Source: Spirochaetota bacterium
GTDB taxonomy: Bacteria > Spirochaetota > UBA4802 > UBA5550
Assembly: GCA_963664815.2 (NCBI GenBank)
Contig: CAXXHB010000003.1
Coordinates: forward strand, 2,144,001 to 2,208,000
Length of the DNA stretch: 64,000 nt
Reading direction: 5' to 3'
Below the pieces are notes generated by a model. That model worked only from the letters and a program-made list of their open reading frames with translations. It did not search any database and was not told the DNA's origin. This document shows positions 30,371-39,960 of this stretch, in pieces. A program made the translations under genes and the position numbers. The stretch's first letter is position 1. Each line of letters starts with the position of its first letter.

Positions 30371-31207
30371 ATGCCATCTGACAGTTCCGACCCCTTAAGT
30401 AACTCACATTTAAAACGAATTATAAACTCTATCAAAAAGCTATTAAAAAAATTTGATGATGACAGCTTTGATGCTGAAGCGTATGAACAGCTGGACACCC
30501 CGCGGAAAGACATGATACATGGCGTTGTAATGCTTTCTGAATTGAACACAAAAGATATTATGATACCGAGAGTAGACCTTGTAGCAATTGATTCAGATAT
30601 AGATCTTAAATCACTTGTAAAAGTTATATTAGATGCCGGACATTCGAGAATGCCTGTTTATGATGAGACAATCGATAACATCATCGGAGTTTTATATGTA
30701 AAAGATTTAATTAAGTTAATAACTATATCCGGTAAACAAAAAAGATTTAACATTAAAAAACTGATTCATGAACCGTTTTTCGTTCCTGAAACAATGCCTC
30801 TTGATGAACTATTGCTTAAATTTAAATTAAAGAAATTGCACCTCGCAATTGTAATTGATGAATATGGCGGCCTTGGCGGCATTGTTACACTTGAAGATAT
30901 TCTGGAAGTAATTGTTGGAGACATCAATGATGAGTACGATGTTGATGAATTGCCGGAATTTGTAAAAACAGGACCAAATTCCTATGATGTAGACTCCAGA
31001 ATGCTGATATCGGTTTTTAATGATGAACTGAAAAAACATATACCTACAGATGATTTTGACACTATCGGCGGTTTTGTATTTGATCTGTTCGGACGGGTTC
31101 CTGAAAAGGATGAAACCATCAAATATGAAAATATAACATTCAAGATTAAAGAAATTTCAGGTATAAAAATAATCCGTATAACTGTAACTATATCAAAACA
31201 GAAATAG
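30371..31207 (+). CDS. CBS-pair + CorC_HlyC protein (CorC/TlyC family)
   Basis: DIMIPRVD, GHSRMPVY, FVPE, HLAIVIDEYGG..GIVTLEDILE.IVGDI.DEYD, DTIGGF. Confidence 0.92.
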   Translation: MPSDSSDPLSNSHLKRIINSIKKLLKKFDDDSFDAEAYEQLDTPRKDMIHGVVMLSELNTKDIMIPRVDLVAIDSDIDLKSLVKVILDAGHSRMPVYDETIDNIIGVLYVKDLIKLITISGKQKRFNIKKLIHEPFFVPETMPLDELLLKFKLKKLHLAIVIDEYGGLGGIVTLEDILEVIVGDINDEYDVDELPEFVKTGPNSYDVDSRMLISVFNDELKKHIPTDDFDTIGGFVFDLFGRVPEKDETIKYENITFKIKEISGIKIIRITVTISKQK

Positions 31208-31208
31208 T

Positions 31209-31955
31209 ATGTCACTGGAAAAAGATACCGGAATAGTTTTATCAAAAAGCAGTTCCGGAGAAGCTGATGATGTTTGCAGCATTTATACAAAGACTTCAGG
31301 AAAGGATAAATTTATCTTCCGGGGATTAAAAAAATCTTCAAAACGTCCCCGAACAGCATCTGAGCCAGGTTCAATTCTTAACCTTATTTATTATTCAGGC
31401 AAAAACGGCAGTTTTAATACTGTATCCGAATTTGATATTCCAGTAACATACGGCTCAATAAGAAAAAGCAGTGATAAAATATTCTCTCTCTGCTTTATCC
31501 TTGAACTGGTAGACTTGACAACAGGTTTAAGCGATCCTAACATTAAAATATTTAAGCTTCTCTCTGCCGGAATTGATACATTATCAAGAACTGACTTTCC
31601 TGCACATTTCACAGTTTTTTTTGCTATAAAATATCTTCTGCTACAGGGTGTTTTTCCCGAAACCGGAAGATGTATGTATTGCGGCACTGGCGATAATGAA
31701 AAGCTTATAATAGAAAACGCCGGATTCAAAACTTCATGTCTCAACTGTTCCGATATTCAATTAACAGCATTAAACACCATAGAAACTGAATTTGTAAATC
31801 AGTGCGTTAATCTCAAGCTTGATAAAATTGAATGCGGGAAATATCCTGAAAAAAACATAGCTTTAATATTAGCAACTCTGATAAATTATATAAATTCATA
31901 TTATAATGTTTATTTGAAAACCGGTTCAATCATTTTGAAATCGATATCAGGATAG
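31209..31955 (+). CDS. recO: DNA repair protein RecO
   Basis: GIVL...GEAD..IYT..GK OB start, Zn finger CMYCG...CLNC; follows the corC-like gene. Confidence 0.85.
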   Translation: MSLEKDTGIVLSKSSSGEADDVCSIYTKTSGKDKFIFRGLKKSSKRPRTASEPGSILNLIYYSGKNGSFNTVSEFDIPVTYGSIRKSSDKIFSLCFILELVDLTTGLSDPNIKIFKLLSAGIDTLSRTDFPAHFTVFFAIKYLLLQGVFPETGRCMYCGTGDNEKLIIENAGFKTSCLNCSDIQLTALNTIETEFVNQCVNLKLDKIECGKYPEKNIALILATLINYINSYYNVYLKTGSIILKSISG

Positions 31956-32001
31956 TGCTAAAATGCCGGTTTTCTTATCACAGCATCAATATTTTCACGA
32001 A

Positions 32002-32172
32002 TTATCTGCCGTTTCCCTTTATTGTGACAGGACAGGCCAATACCTTGTATTCTGTTGTCTTTTCATCATATGTTGTCGCCATTGAACTTAATGAACCACC
32101 ATAATTGCACAGAACCTGATAATTTCTTAATTCTCTATGGTGTTTACACTTTTTACATTCTTCGAGCTTCAT
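32002..32172 (-). CDS. Small Cys4 protein (56 aa), below the ORF-track cutoff
   Basis: MKLEECKKCKHHRELRNYQVLCNYGGSLSSMATTYDEKTTEYKVLACPVTIKGNGR; GGAGA RBS upstream. Confidence 0.6.
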   Translation of the reverse strand: MKLEECKKCKHHRELRNYQVLCNYGGSLSSMATTYDEKTTEYKVLACPVTIKGNGR

Positions 32173-32597
32173 TCACTATCTCCAAAAATTCAAATAAGAA
32201 ACTATTACATAATAACAATTATGTCTCTTTATAACTGCAAGAACGAGAATTATTCCCATAATTATTGTTGTCAATAATTATATTAAATTAAATATGAAAT
32301 CTGACAAAAATTGAATATACACAAATGAATTATATATATCACAATGAAAAAATTCCAGTTTTTTATTTATCAATAATTATTAAATTCATTTTAAACCTTA
32401 CCGCCTGGATTATCAAGAGTATATAATCGCTCAATTTTTTACAGTATGATATATTCCGGATTTATTATTTACTCTCAATTTACGAGTTATTCTTTTATTT
32501 ACAATGTGATTATAAAGCAATAAAAATTTATTAGTAAAACCGCTCACTTTTAATAAAAAATTCTGGACATCATCTTTTATGGACATTCAATAAATTC

Positions 32598-33155
32598 ATG
32601 ATTCACAAAACAGAAAAAAAATATCCATCTGAAGATGAATGCCTGAAACTTATTGAGAAATATGAGATGCTTCCCAACATCATTGATCACTCAATTCAGG
32701 TAAAAAATGTTGCTGAGGCAATATATAATAATCTTTTAGAAAAGGAAAAACTCAGCTTTGAACTTATTATTGCATCCGCGCTTCTTCACGATATTGCCAA
32801 AACAAGATCAATACTGCAGAAAGAGATGCGTCATGACCTGACCGGTGGGGAGATGCTGAGAAAACTTGGTTATGATGATATAGCCGTTATTGTTGAAAAC
32901 CATGTAGTTTTCACTGGATTTGAGCCTGAAAGTCCACTTTCTGAAAAAGAGATAATATTTTATGCAGATAAAAGAGTAATGCATGATAAAATTGTCAACA
33001 TTGACAAACGTGTCGAAGATCTTGTTGAAAGATATGGTAAAACTGATAAAATAAAGGAGATGATTATTCATAACAAAAAGTTTATCCTTCAGCTTGAAAA
33101 TAAAATTCAGAAACATATGAAAATGCCCATCGACATAGCCCTGGAAAATTTATGA
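32598..33155 (+). CDS. HD-domain protein
   Basis: IIDHS..V, ALLHDIAK, RHD..G, ENHV, YADKRV. Confidence 0.9.
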   Translation: MIHKTEKKYPSEDECLKLIEKYEMLPNIIDHSIQVKNVAEAIYNNLLEKEKLSFELIIASALLHDIAKTRSILQKEMRHDLTGGEMLRKLGYDDIAVIVENHVVFTGFEPESPLSEKEIIFYADKRVMHDKIVNIDKRVEDLVERYGKTDKIKEMIIHNKKFILQLENKIQKHMKMPIDIALENL

Positions 33156-34804
33156 AGCAATACCTGATTATTGACTGTTATGTTGATGAACCGGCATGTC
33201 TTGGCGTACCACCTTTTATTTCTCCATACCCGCGTTATATATATGGCGCTCTGCTCTCTGCCGGTGTTGATCCGGAGCAGATAAAGTATATCACCATAGA
33301 CCACTTGAGATTGAGTGATTACCTGTTTACTGACAGCTATACTCATGTCTTTCTTATAGGTGGAGCTTCAGTACCAGGGAAGTATCTCGGTTCAAAAATA
33401 GGAACACTGTCTGAGATAAATAAAATTCTTGAACTGAACAGTAAAACAAACATATACGTTGGCGGACTGATTCATCGTGCTATATCATCACCACCCGGAA
33501 ATACTACATTAATCAGAAACGATATTGAAAAATATGCATTTACCCTTGCCCGCAATAATCCTGAAGATAAAACTAGAACCATGGATGAGATTGCCGACTG
33601 GGGAGTTAAAGGTGCTGAAATGACAAAACTTCATCCCTGGTATCCGGATGTAATCTGTGAAATGGAAAGCGGAAGAGGTTGCCCGAGAGAGATTCACTGC
33701 TCATTCTGTTCTGAAGGTTTATCCGGTAATGTTGAATCCAGAAAATCTGAAGATATACTGAAAGAAATAGACGCCTTGATTAATCACGGTATTTCAAGGT
33801 TCAGAATCGGCAGACAGGCGGATATAATACAGTTTGGCAGCAGACTGAATAATTATAAAAACGGATTCCCTGAACCGGAACCTTCAGCTATTAATGAACT
33901 ATTTACAGAACTTAAGCTACGAAAAGATTCAGGGAAAATAATTATACTTAATGTTGATAATGCAAATCCGGGTTCAATAGTAAACTGGCCGGATCAATCC
34001 TCGCTGATTCTTAAATCAATATCCGATGCTGTAACTCCGGGGGATACTTTACCATTTGGTATTGAGTCATTTGATGAAACCGTAGTAAAGCATAATAATC
34101 TCAAGGTTACACCGGAAGAGGCATTATTTGCAGTTAAACTTGTAAATGAAATCTGCGGTGAACGACAGGATGGTATTCCAAAGCTGCTTCCGGGTATAAA
34201 CCTTATTCATGGATTAAAGGGTGAAACAGCAGAAACATTCAGGATAAATCATCACTACCTTGAAAAAATTGTAAATGACGGTCTGCTGGTGAAAAGAATT
34301 AATATACGCAAACTCCAGCCATACCCCGGAACCACGCTTTACAACGAGAGGCATAAAACAGCCCAATCAATCACAAAGCGCTTTGAATATTTCAGGGACA
34401 GGATAAGAAATGAGATAGACCATTACATGCTGAAAAAAATATATCCTGCCGGCACAATATTAAAGAATATATTCATGCTCGATACACGTGACGGATATTC
34501 CATGGGAAAACAGATTGCCAGTTATTCAATAACAGCCAAGGTACCAGGTATATTTGAAATGAAGAGTTTCAAAGATGTGCTGGTTATGGGACACAGAGAG
34601 AGGTCACTCTCCTCTTTATCTCTCCCCTTTACAATTAACAGTACAACTGCAAAAGCCTTTGAAATGATCCCCGGTATAAGCAAAGACAAATCCTCCGGCC
34701 TTATACTTAAACGGCCATTTAAAAGCATTGATGAATTTTCAAATGAGATACAAAATGTCCAGCCCGATCTGTTAAATGTTATCATTGGTAATTCTGTAAT
34801 ATAG
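33152..34804 (+). CDS. Radical SAM protein with C-terminal helix-hairpin-helix (COG1031-like)
   Basis: IIDCYVDEPACLGVPPFISPYPRY N-terminus, RGCPREIHCSFC, KRINIR, INSTTAKAFEMIPGIS HhH. Confidence 0.85.
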   Translation: MKQYLIIDCYVDEPACLGVPPFISPYPRYIYGALLSAGVDPEQIKYITIDHLRLSDYLFTDSYTHVFLIGGASVPGKYLGSKIGTLSEINKILELNSKTNIYVGGLIHRAISSPPGNTTLIRNDIEKYAFTLARNNPEDKTRTMDEIADWGVKGAEMTKLHPWYPDVICEMESGRGCPREIHCSFCSEGLSGNVESRKSEDILKEIDALINHGISRFRIGRQADIIQFGSRLNNYKNGFPEPEPSAINELFTELKLRKDSGKIIILNVDNANPGSIVNWPDQSSLILKSISDAVTPGDTLPFGIESFDETVVKHNNLKVTPEEALFAVKLVNEICGERQDGIPKLLPGINLIHGLKGETAETFRINHHYLEKIVNDGLLVKRINIRKLQPYPGTTLYNERHKTAQSITKRFEYFRDRIRNEIDHYMLKKIYPAGTILKNIFMLDTRDGYSMGKQIASYSITAKVPGIFEMKSFKDVLVMGHRERSLSSLSLPFTINSTTAKAFEMIPGISKDKSSGLILKRPFKSIDEFSNEIQNVQPDLLNVIIGNSVI

Positions 34805-34847
34805 TTAACTCATGGCCTCAAACTGGATCACTCTGTGTTTTGTGGCA

Positions 34848-36101
34848 TTAGATGTATCCCTTCCTGACCTCCTCTGCAATAATTTCTATTCCTCTTGCAA
34901 CATTGTTTTCTCCCTGTGAATAAGTAACCCTTATACATTCATTTTTATGTATCCATTCCTCAGGAAGTCCCGGGAAAAAATATTGTCCCGGAACTATTAA
35001 AACTCCACGCTCCTTCAGCCTTTTATAAAGCGTATTACTGTCTGTTTTGATACCACGGAACCACAGCCACAGAAAAAAAGCACCCTCCGGTTTGTGTACA
35101 TAAAAATCCACACCATTGAGTTTTTCTCTGAAATAATTTAACGCCTGTTCACCTTTCCTTTGATAATGTGGCCCTATTATATTTTTACTCATCATGATTA
35201 TCTCCCCTGAAGAGACAAGAGATTCCGCTATAACGGCTCCCACACTGCCGGGTGCAAGGTTTATAACTGCATTCATCTGACTTATTGCATCTATAACTTT
35301 TTCATTCGCAATAATCATTCCCGTTCGTACGCCCGGTAACCCCAGCTTGGAGAGGCTCATACAGACAATTATATGTTCATTCCAGTAAGGTTTTGCTTCC
35401 GTGAAAATCATCCCCGGGAAGGGTGAGCCATAAGCACTGTCTATGATAAGAGGTATGTCGTGTTTTCCGGATAGAGAGACAAGCTTCTCTATTTCAAGAT
35501 CTGACAGAACATTCCCTGTCGGATTTGTCGGTCTCGAAACGCATATTGCACCGATGCTGTCGTCAATTTTAAGATTATCGAAATCTATATTATATTTGAA
35601 AATATTATCATCAAGATATTTAATTTCCGGGCGTATTGATGTAAAAATCTCGTCCGATGTAATCCCGACATCACTGTATCCTATATATTCAGGAGTCAGA
35701 GGGAGAAGGATCTTTTTAAATGAACCATCGCGGAATCTTCCTGAAAACATATTGAACAGTAAAAAAAAAGCTGACTGGCTTCCGTTTGTAAGAGCTATAT
35801 TTGAACTCCCTACATCCCACCCCAATTCTCTTCTCAGAAGAGAAGCAAGCTCTTCAATAAATTTAACATTCCCCTGCGGAGAATCATAATTCCCTACACA
35901 CTCTTCAAAGAGAGTACCTGAATCCATGACGCGTTTCATGCTATCCCTTAATATACTTTGTACCTCAGGTATATGCGCCGGATTGCCCCCTCCCAGCATA
36001 AGCATATTGCGGTTAACAGCCATGGCATGCCCAAGATCATCCATGAGACTTTTTATACCGGATGTATTGTTAACTTTATCTCCGAACATTGAGAAATTCA
36101 T
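34848..36101 (-). CDS. avtA: Valine--pyruvate aminotransferase
   Basis: LMDDL, MLGGGNPA, TNGSQSAFF, SRPTNPTGNV, SLSKLGLPGVRTG, HKPEGAFFLWLWF. Confidence 0.92.
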   Translation of the reverse strand: MNFSMFGDKVNNTSGIKSLMDDLGHAMAVNRNMLMLGGGNPAHIPEVQSILRDSMKRVMDSGTLFEECVGNYDSPQGNVKFIEELASLLRRELGWDVGSSNIALTNGSQSAFFLLFNMFSGRFRDGSFKKILLPLTPEYIGYSDVGITSDEIFTSIRPEIKYLDDNIFKYNIDFDNLKIDDSIGAICVSRPTNPTGNVLSDLEIEKLVSLSGKHDIPLIIDSAYGSPFPGMIFTEAKPYWNEHIIVCMSLSKLGLPGVRTGMIIANEKVIDAISQMNAVINLAPGSVGAVIAESLVSSGEIIMMSKNIIGPHYQRKGEQALNYFREKLNGVDFYVHKPEGAFFLWLWFRGIKTDSNTLYKRLKERGVLIVPGQYFFPGLPEEWIHKNECIRVTYSQGENNVARGIEIIAEEVRKGYI

Positions 36102-36616
36102 AATTTATACCCTCTTGCTATGAATTCCATTTCGGAACTGATGAACTGTATGTCAATATATTTAATATTAATACCAGATGTTCTCCTTCTATAAAAATTC
36201 AATGCAATAATAAATTTTAAAATATATTCCATTGAATTTTCAAAATGGTTATTGTTTTTTCCATGCTTCTGCAGATTCTTTTATTCTCTTTACCGGCATA
36301 AATGTAAAAAATCTAATGATCTATTTCGTCACTATATGCAATTGAAAATATGGACAGGATGGAAGAATCAACAACTAAACAGACAATTAAAGATAAATAA
36401 CAAAAGGTGTCATTTCCCAAGGTTAACATCCGGAAGGGAATGAAAGCATATATGAAGATGATAAACATAAAAAAGGGGAAGAAGCTGAACACGGATATTC
36501 TTTATCATTAATCAGTACTTTTTCAAATTCTTCCTGATTTCTTTATATCTTAAACAGTAGCGTCTTTTGATACACCAAGTATTTTATATGGATCTATCAT
36601 GATGGCTTAAAATCCA

Positions 36617-37054
36617 TCATACGCTCACATCTGTTTTCCAATAACCATGAATATTACAGTTTTCAACAACCGTTATTTTACCGGTTGAGTTTTTCAGATG
36701 AAAACATGCCGCAGGATATAAATTTAACGGAGTGAATATGGCTCTGCCGATATAAACGTCATTCTGATAACAGTCAATGAATGTTATAAAATGCTTTTCT
36801 TCCATCGGGTGCATCGTTTTGCCAATACGAACATTAACATCCATACAGGGTGATTCCGGGATAATGCCGCATTGTTTATTAATTGCCACTGAAGGGAGAT
36901 GTTTCACTTCAGCTTCCGGGCTTTTTTCGCTTGATTCAATGAATACCGAATCGTTTTGTTTGAATTTCTCTTTTTCCACATAGCACACAGGACATTTCTC
37001 CGGGAGATTGTTGAATTCAAGATGTCCGCATACCGTACAAATAAATATTTTCAT
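36617..37054 (-). CDS. Superoxide reductase with an N-terminal rubredoxin-like domain
   Basis: CTVCGH...CPVC fused to KH, HPMEEKHFI, CNIHG SOR ligands; GGAGG RBS. Confidence 0.85.
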   Translation of the reverse strand: MKIFICTVCGHLEFNNLPEKCPVCYVEKEKFKQNDSVFIESSEKSPEAEVKHLPSVAINKQCGIIPESPCMDVNVRIGKTMHPMEEKHFITFIDCYQNDVYIGRAIFTPLNLYPAACFHLKNSTGKITVVENCNIHGYWKTDVSV

Positions 37055-37254
37055 GAAAATAGGCCTCCAATAGTTTAGAATATTATATCATAAAAGTTTA
37101 ATATAACAAATGATATAATGTTATATTAAGTTTTAACATATACCTTATTCCCGGCAAAAGCAAATATTTTCTGGAAAGATTCAATAAACTGGATAATAGC
37201 CGTAACTCCTTTATTAAAAGAATTGCAGTATGTGAACGATATTAACGTAAAATT

Positions 37255-37350
37255 TTAAAATCTTACAATACCCCCCAGCAGAAGAAAAAATAGAGCAGCA
37301 GATATATGAACTATCCACCAGTATAAATTAAACATCTTTATTTTATTCAT
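37255..37350 (-). CDS. 31-aa membrane microprotein
   Basis: MNKIKMFNLYWWIVHISAALFFLLLGGIVRF; GGAGGAG RBS; ATGA overlap with the upstream stop. Confidence 0.65.
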   Translation of the reverse strand: MNKIKMFNLYWWIVHISAALFFLLLGGIVRF

Positions 37351-37850
37351 AAGCTCCTCCATAACAGATGACCAATAGTATATACAATACTGATAGTTAC
37401 AAGATGAACTCCCCACCAACCGGTATTCGGATAACGGTACCATTTTACTTTATATTCTGACTTTGGATCAGCCCCGAACATTTCCAGATCAAACAGCGCC
37501 TTTCCAATGAAAAACTTTACTGCAAGAATACAGATATCTGCAAATAGTGTTTTAAATATCAGATTAGAAACTTCGAAAGGCACCGGAAAATGAGCAATAC
37601 TGGAATGGATCATAGTAACTGTACCTATTATAACAGTCATCCCGTTTATAACATAACCATAATGCACTGTTTTTCTTGTCATGAAAAGCAGTGGAATGAT
37701 AAATATGCTAATAAGACCGGATATGAGCGGTACATAAAAAAACTGCAGTCTTCCCGAATCATTGACAATAAAATGAATCGTCAATCCCCCCAGGGAACAG
37801 AGAACCAGCCCTATTATAAGCAGATTTCTTAGATTTTTTTTCCGGGTCAT
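37347..37850 (-). CDS. His-containing polytopic membrane protein (about 5 TM)
   Basis: Hydrophobic helices with several intramembrane His; GGAGG RBS. Confidence 0.8.
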   Translation of the reverse strand: MTRKKNLRNLLIIGLVLCSLGGLTIHFIVNDSGRLQFFYVPLISGLISIFIIPLLFMTRKTVHYGYVINGMTVIIGTVTMIHSSIAHFPVPFEVSNLIFKTLFADICILAVKFFIGKALFDLEMFGADPKSEYKVKWYRYPNTGWWGVHLVTISIVYTIGHLLWRSL

Positions 37851-37911
37851 AAAACCTCCATTTATATTATGTTATTTATAAAACGGAACTCATTTTAATA
37901 AAAACTGTAAC

Positions 37912-37927
37912 TGTGACTATAATCACC
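37912..37927. promoter_or_regulatory. CRP/FNR-family box
   Basis: TGTGA-CTATAA-TCACC, 9/10 match to TGTGA-N6-TCACA, about 60 bp upstream of ATG 37850. Confidence 0.5.
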
Positions 37928-38214
37928 AGATCAGATTTATCTGCATAAAGGTTAACTGATAGCTGAATAACCAGTATAAGTAAAAAAATAATTAATTTCC
38001 CGTTTTAATTATATTCTCTCCTGTTACGATATAAATATATTTCATAATCAGGTGGAAATAAAGGATTAATGATAAAAAATTCTTTTTATTATACTACCCG
38101 CAACATTTCCTGATTGAATATTTTATTCTTATGAAATAAAATATGTTCAGAGTATTATCAGACTTGAATTATGCATACGGAATCGTTTTCGATACCTGAT
38201 CAAAGGAGAATTAT

Positions 38215-38553
38215 ATGCCGGAAGTTATAATATATACAACCCGGACATGCCCTCACTGCCGGGATGCAAAGCAATACCTGAAATCAAAAGGTATCAGTTT
38301 CATAGAAAAAGATGTTTCTACCGACAGGATCTCTGCATCAGAACTTGCTTCTGCGAACATTATGGGAGTACCGGCATTTAAAATAAACGGTGAATTTATA
38401 GTCGGTTTTGACAGAAACCGTATTGAAGAGATGATAAAGCACGATGTTGTAAAATGCCCTGAATGCGGCCAGAAACTCAGGCTGCCGGCTGGTAAAGGTA
38501 AACTCAGGGCATCATGTACCGCTTGCGGACATAAATTCATTGTAACTACATAA
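38215..38553 (+). CDS. Glutaredoxin/NrdH-like protein with a C-terminal zinc ribbon
   Basis: YTTRTCPHC, GVP, VGFD; CPECG...CTACG; AAGGAG RBS. Confidence 0.88.
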   Translation: MPEVIIYTTRTCPHCRDAKQYLKSKGISFIEKDVSTDRISASELASANIMGVPAFKINGEFIVGFDRNRIEEMIKHDVVKCPECGQKLRLPAGKGKLRASCTACGHKFIVTT

Positions 38554-38635
38554 AAAATTTTCCGCTTTTAAAGGTAGTTTATTTTTAACCGGATACTTCC
38601 AGAAATAAAACCTCAGTCATTAAATATTTATTGTT

Positions 38636-39013
38636 TTATTCTTTTGAGGAATCTGCCAGTCCTATGATATTACCTTCACAATCAGCAACTCTTGCGTAAG
38701 ATCCGTTCGGTATCGGTTGTTTTGGAGTAATCACCCGTCCTCCTGCAGCGATTACTTTCTTTATAGTCTCGTCGATTGACTGCACCCCTATAACCAGTAT
38801 TGAGTTTTTAGCCTCATCATCTCTTTGAAACATTCCTCCGTTGATAGCCCCTTTTTCTGTAACCATATGATTTTCATCCATCTCTGCAGCATAAACCATA
38901 GTATATTCAATTTCAGGAATATCCATAAGTTTCCAGCCGAATATTTCAGAATAAAACCTGAATGCACGATCCTTTTTGTCATAGGGAATTTCGAAGTGCA
39001 CTACTCTATCCAT
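38636..39013 (-). CDS. VOC/glyoxalase family protein
   Basis: VVHFEIP, RA..FY..IFGW, GAINGG, D.EGNIIGL. Confidence 0.92.
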   Translation of the reverse strand: MDRVVHFEIPYDKKDRAFRFYSEIFGWKLMDIPEIEYTMVYAAEMDENHMVTEKGAINGGMFQRDDEAKNSILVIGVQSIDETIKKVIAAGGRVITPKQPIPNGSYARVADCEGNIIGLADSSKE

Positions 39014-39098
39014 TTATTCACCTCTTTTAAGTCGTTATTTCAGAAAGCATTAATTAATAATCTCAATTAACATTAATATTAATTACAAAGACATATTT

Positions 39099-39959
39099 TC
39101 AGATTCTGGTATTTATCAGAGCTTCAATCTTTTTAATATCAAATTCACGTTTATAAAGCGGTAATTTGCTATTTTTGTATATTTCAAGATTTTCTTCAAA
39201 TGTTGTCCGGTGATTGCTTTTGTATATTATACCGAGAGGAAATGGTTCCTCTTCAATGGATTTTTTAAATGCTTCAACCCTGTCAGATGGATCATAGTCA
39301 TCCGGGAGGCGGTATGTATTATTTCTGAACCATTTAAATGTATTAATCTTGTTGAATGAAACACATGGCTGAAAAATATCCACCAGGGCAAACCCCTTAT
39401 GAAGAATTGCCATCTTCATAATCTCCTTTGTATGATCAATATCTCCGCAGAAAACCCTTGCCACAAAAGTCACATCGAGAGAAACCGCAAGAGCAATCGG
39501 ATTAAGAGGTTTTTCAAATACACCGGAAACCTGTACGGGAGTTACCATCCCGGTTCTGGTTGTTGGAGCTGCCTGCCCTTTTGTAAGGCCATAAACCATA
39601 TTCTCATGAACAAGAAGAGTAATATCCGGATTTCTCCTCGTTGCATGCAGAAAGTGATTTCCCCCTTCACCATACATGTCGCCGTCGCCGCCTACAGCTA
39701 TAACTGTTAACTCCGGGTTGCATGCTTTTACAGCAGTCGCCGGAGGAAGTCCACGGCCATGCAACCCGTTAAAAAAATTTGTATTTATATATTGCGGCAT
39801 TTTAGCCGCCTGACCAATACCTGACACAAGTACAACTTTTTCTCTCGGCAGATTCAGTTCTTCAAGCGCAGCCAGAAGTGATTTTCTGATTGAAAAATCA
39901 CCACACCCTGGGCACCATGCAATATCAATCGCGTTATCAAAATCGAAATTGTTATCCAT
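39099..39959 (-). CDS. 2-oxoacid:ferredoxin oxidoreductase beta subunit
   Basis: [37 protein letters not shown]. Start set at ATG 39959, just after the alpha stop. Confidence 0.93.
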   Translation of the reverse strand: MDNNFDFDNAIDIAWCPGCGDFSIRKSLLAALEELNLPREKVVLVSGIGQAAKMPQYINTNFFNGLHGRGLPPATAVKACNPELTVIAVGGDGDMYGEGGNHFLHATRRNPDITLLVHENMVYGLTKGQAAPTTRTGMVTPVQVSGVFEKPLNPIALAVSLDVTFVARVFCGDIDHTKEIMKMAILHKGFALVDIFQPCVSFNKINTFKWFRNNTYRLPDDYDPSDRVEAFKKSIEEEPFPLGIIYKSNHRTTFEENLEIYKNSKLPLYKREFDIKKIEALINTRI

Positions 39960-39960
39960 A

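Noticed and set aside
36252-36443. Short intergenic ORFs here and at 3167, 49273, 49311 and 51080
   Set aside because: No RBS, motif or coding-like composition
37098-37129. 11-bp inverted repeat upstream of SOR as a PerR/Fur site
   Set aside because: Almost all A/T in an AT-rich region and does not match a box I can name
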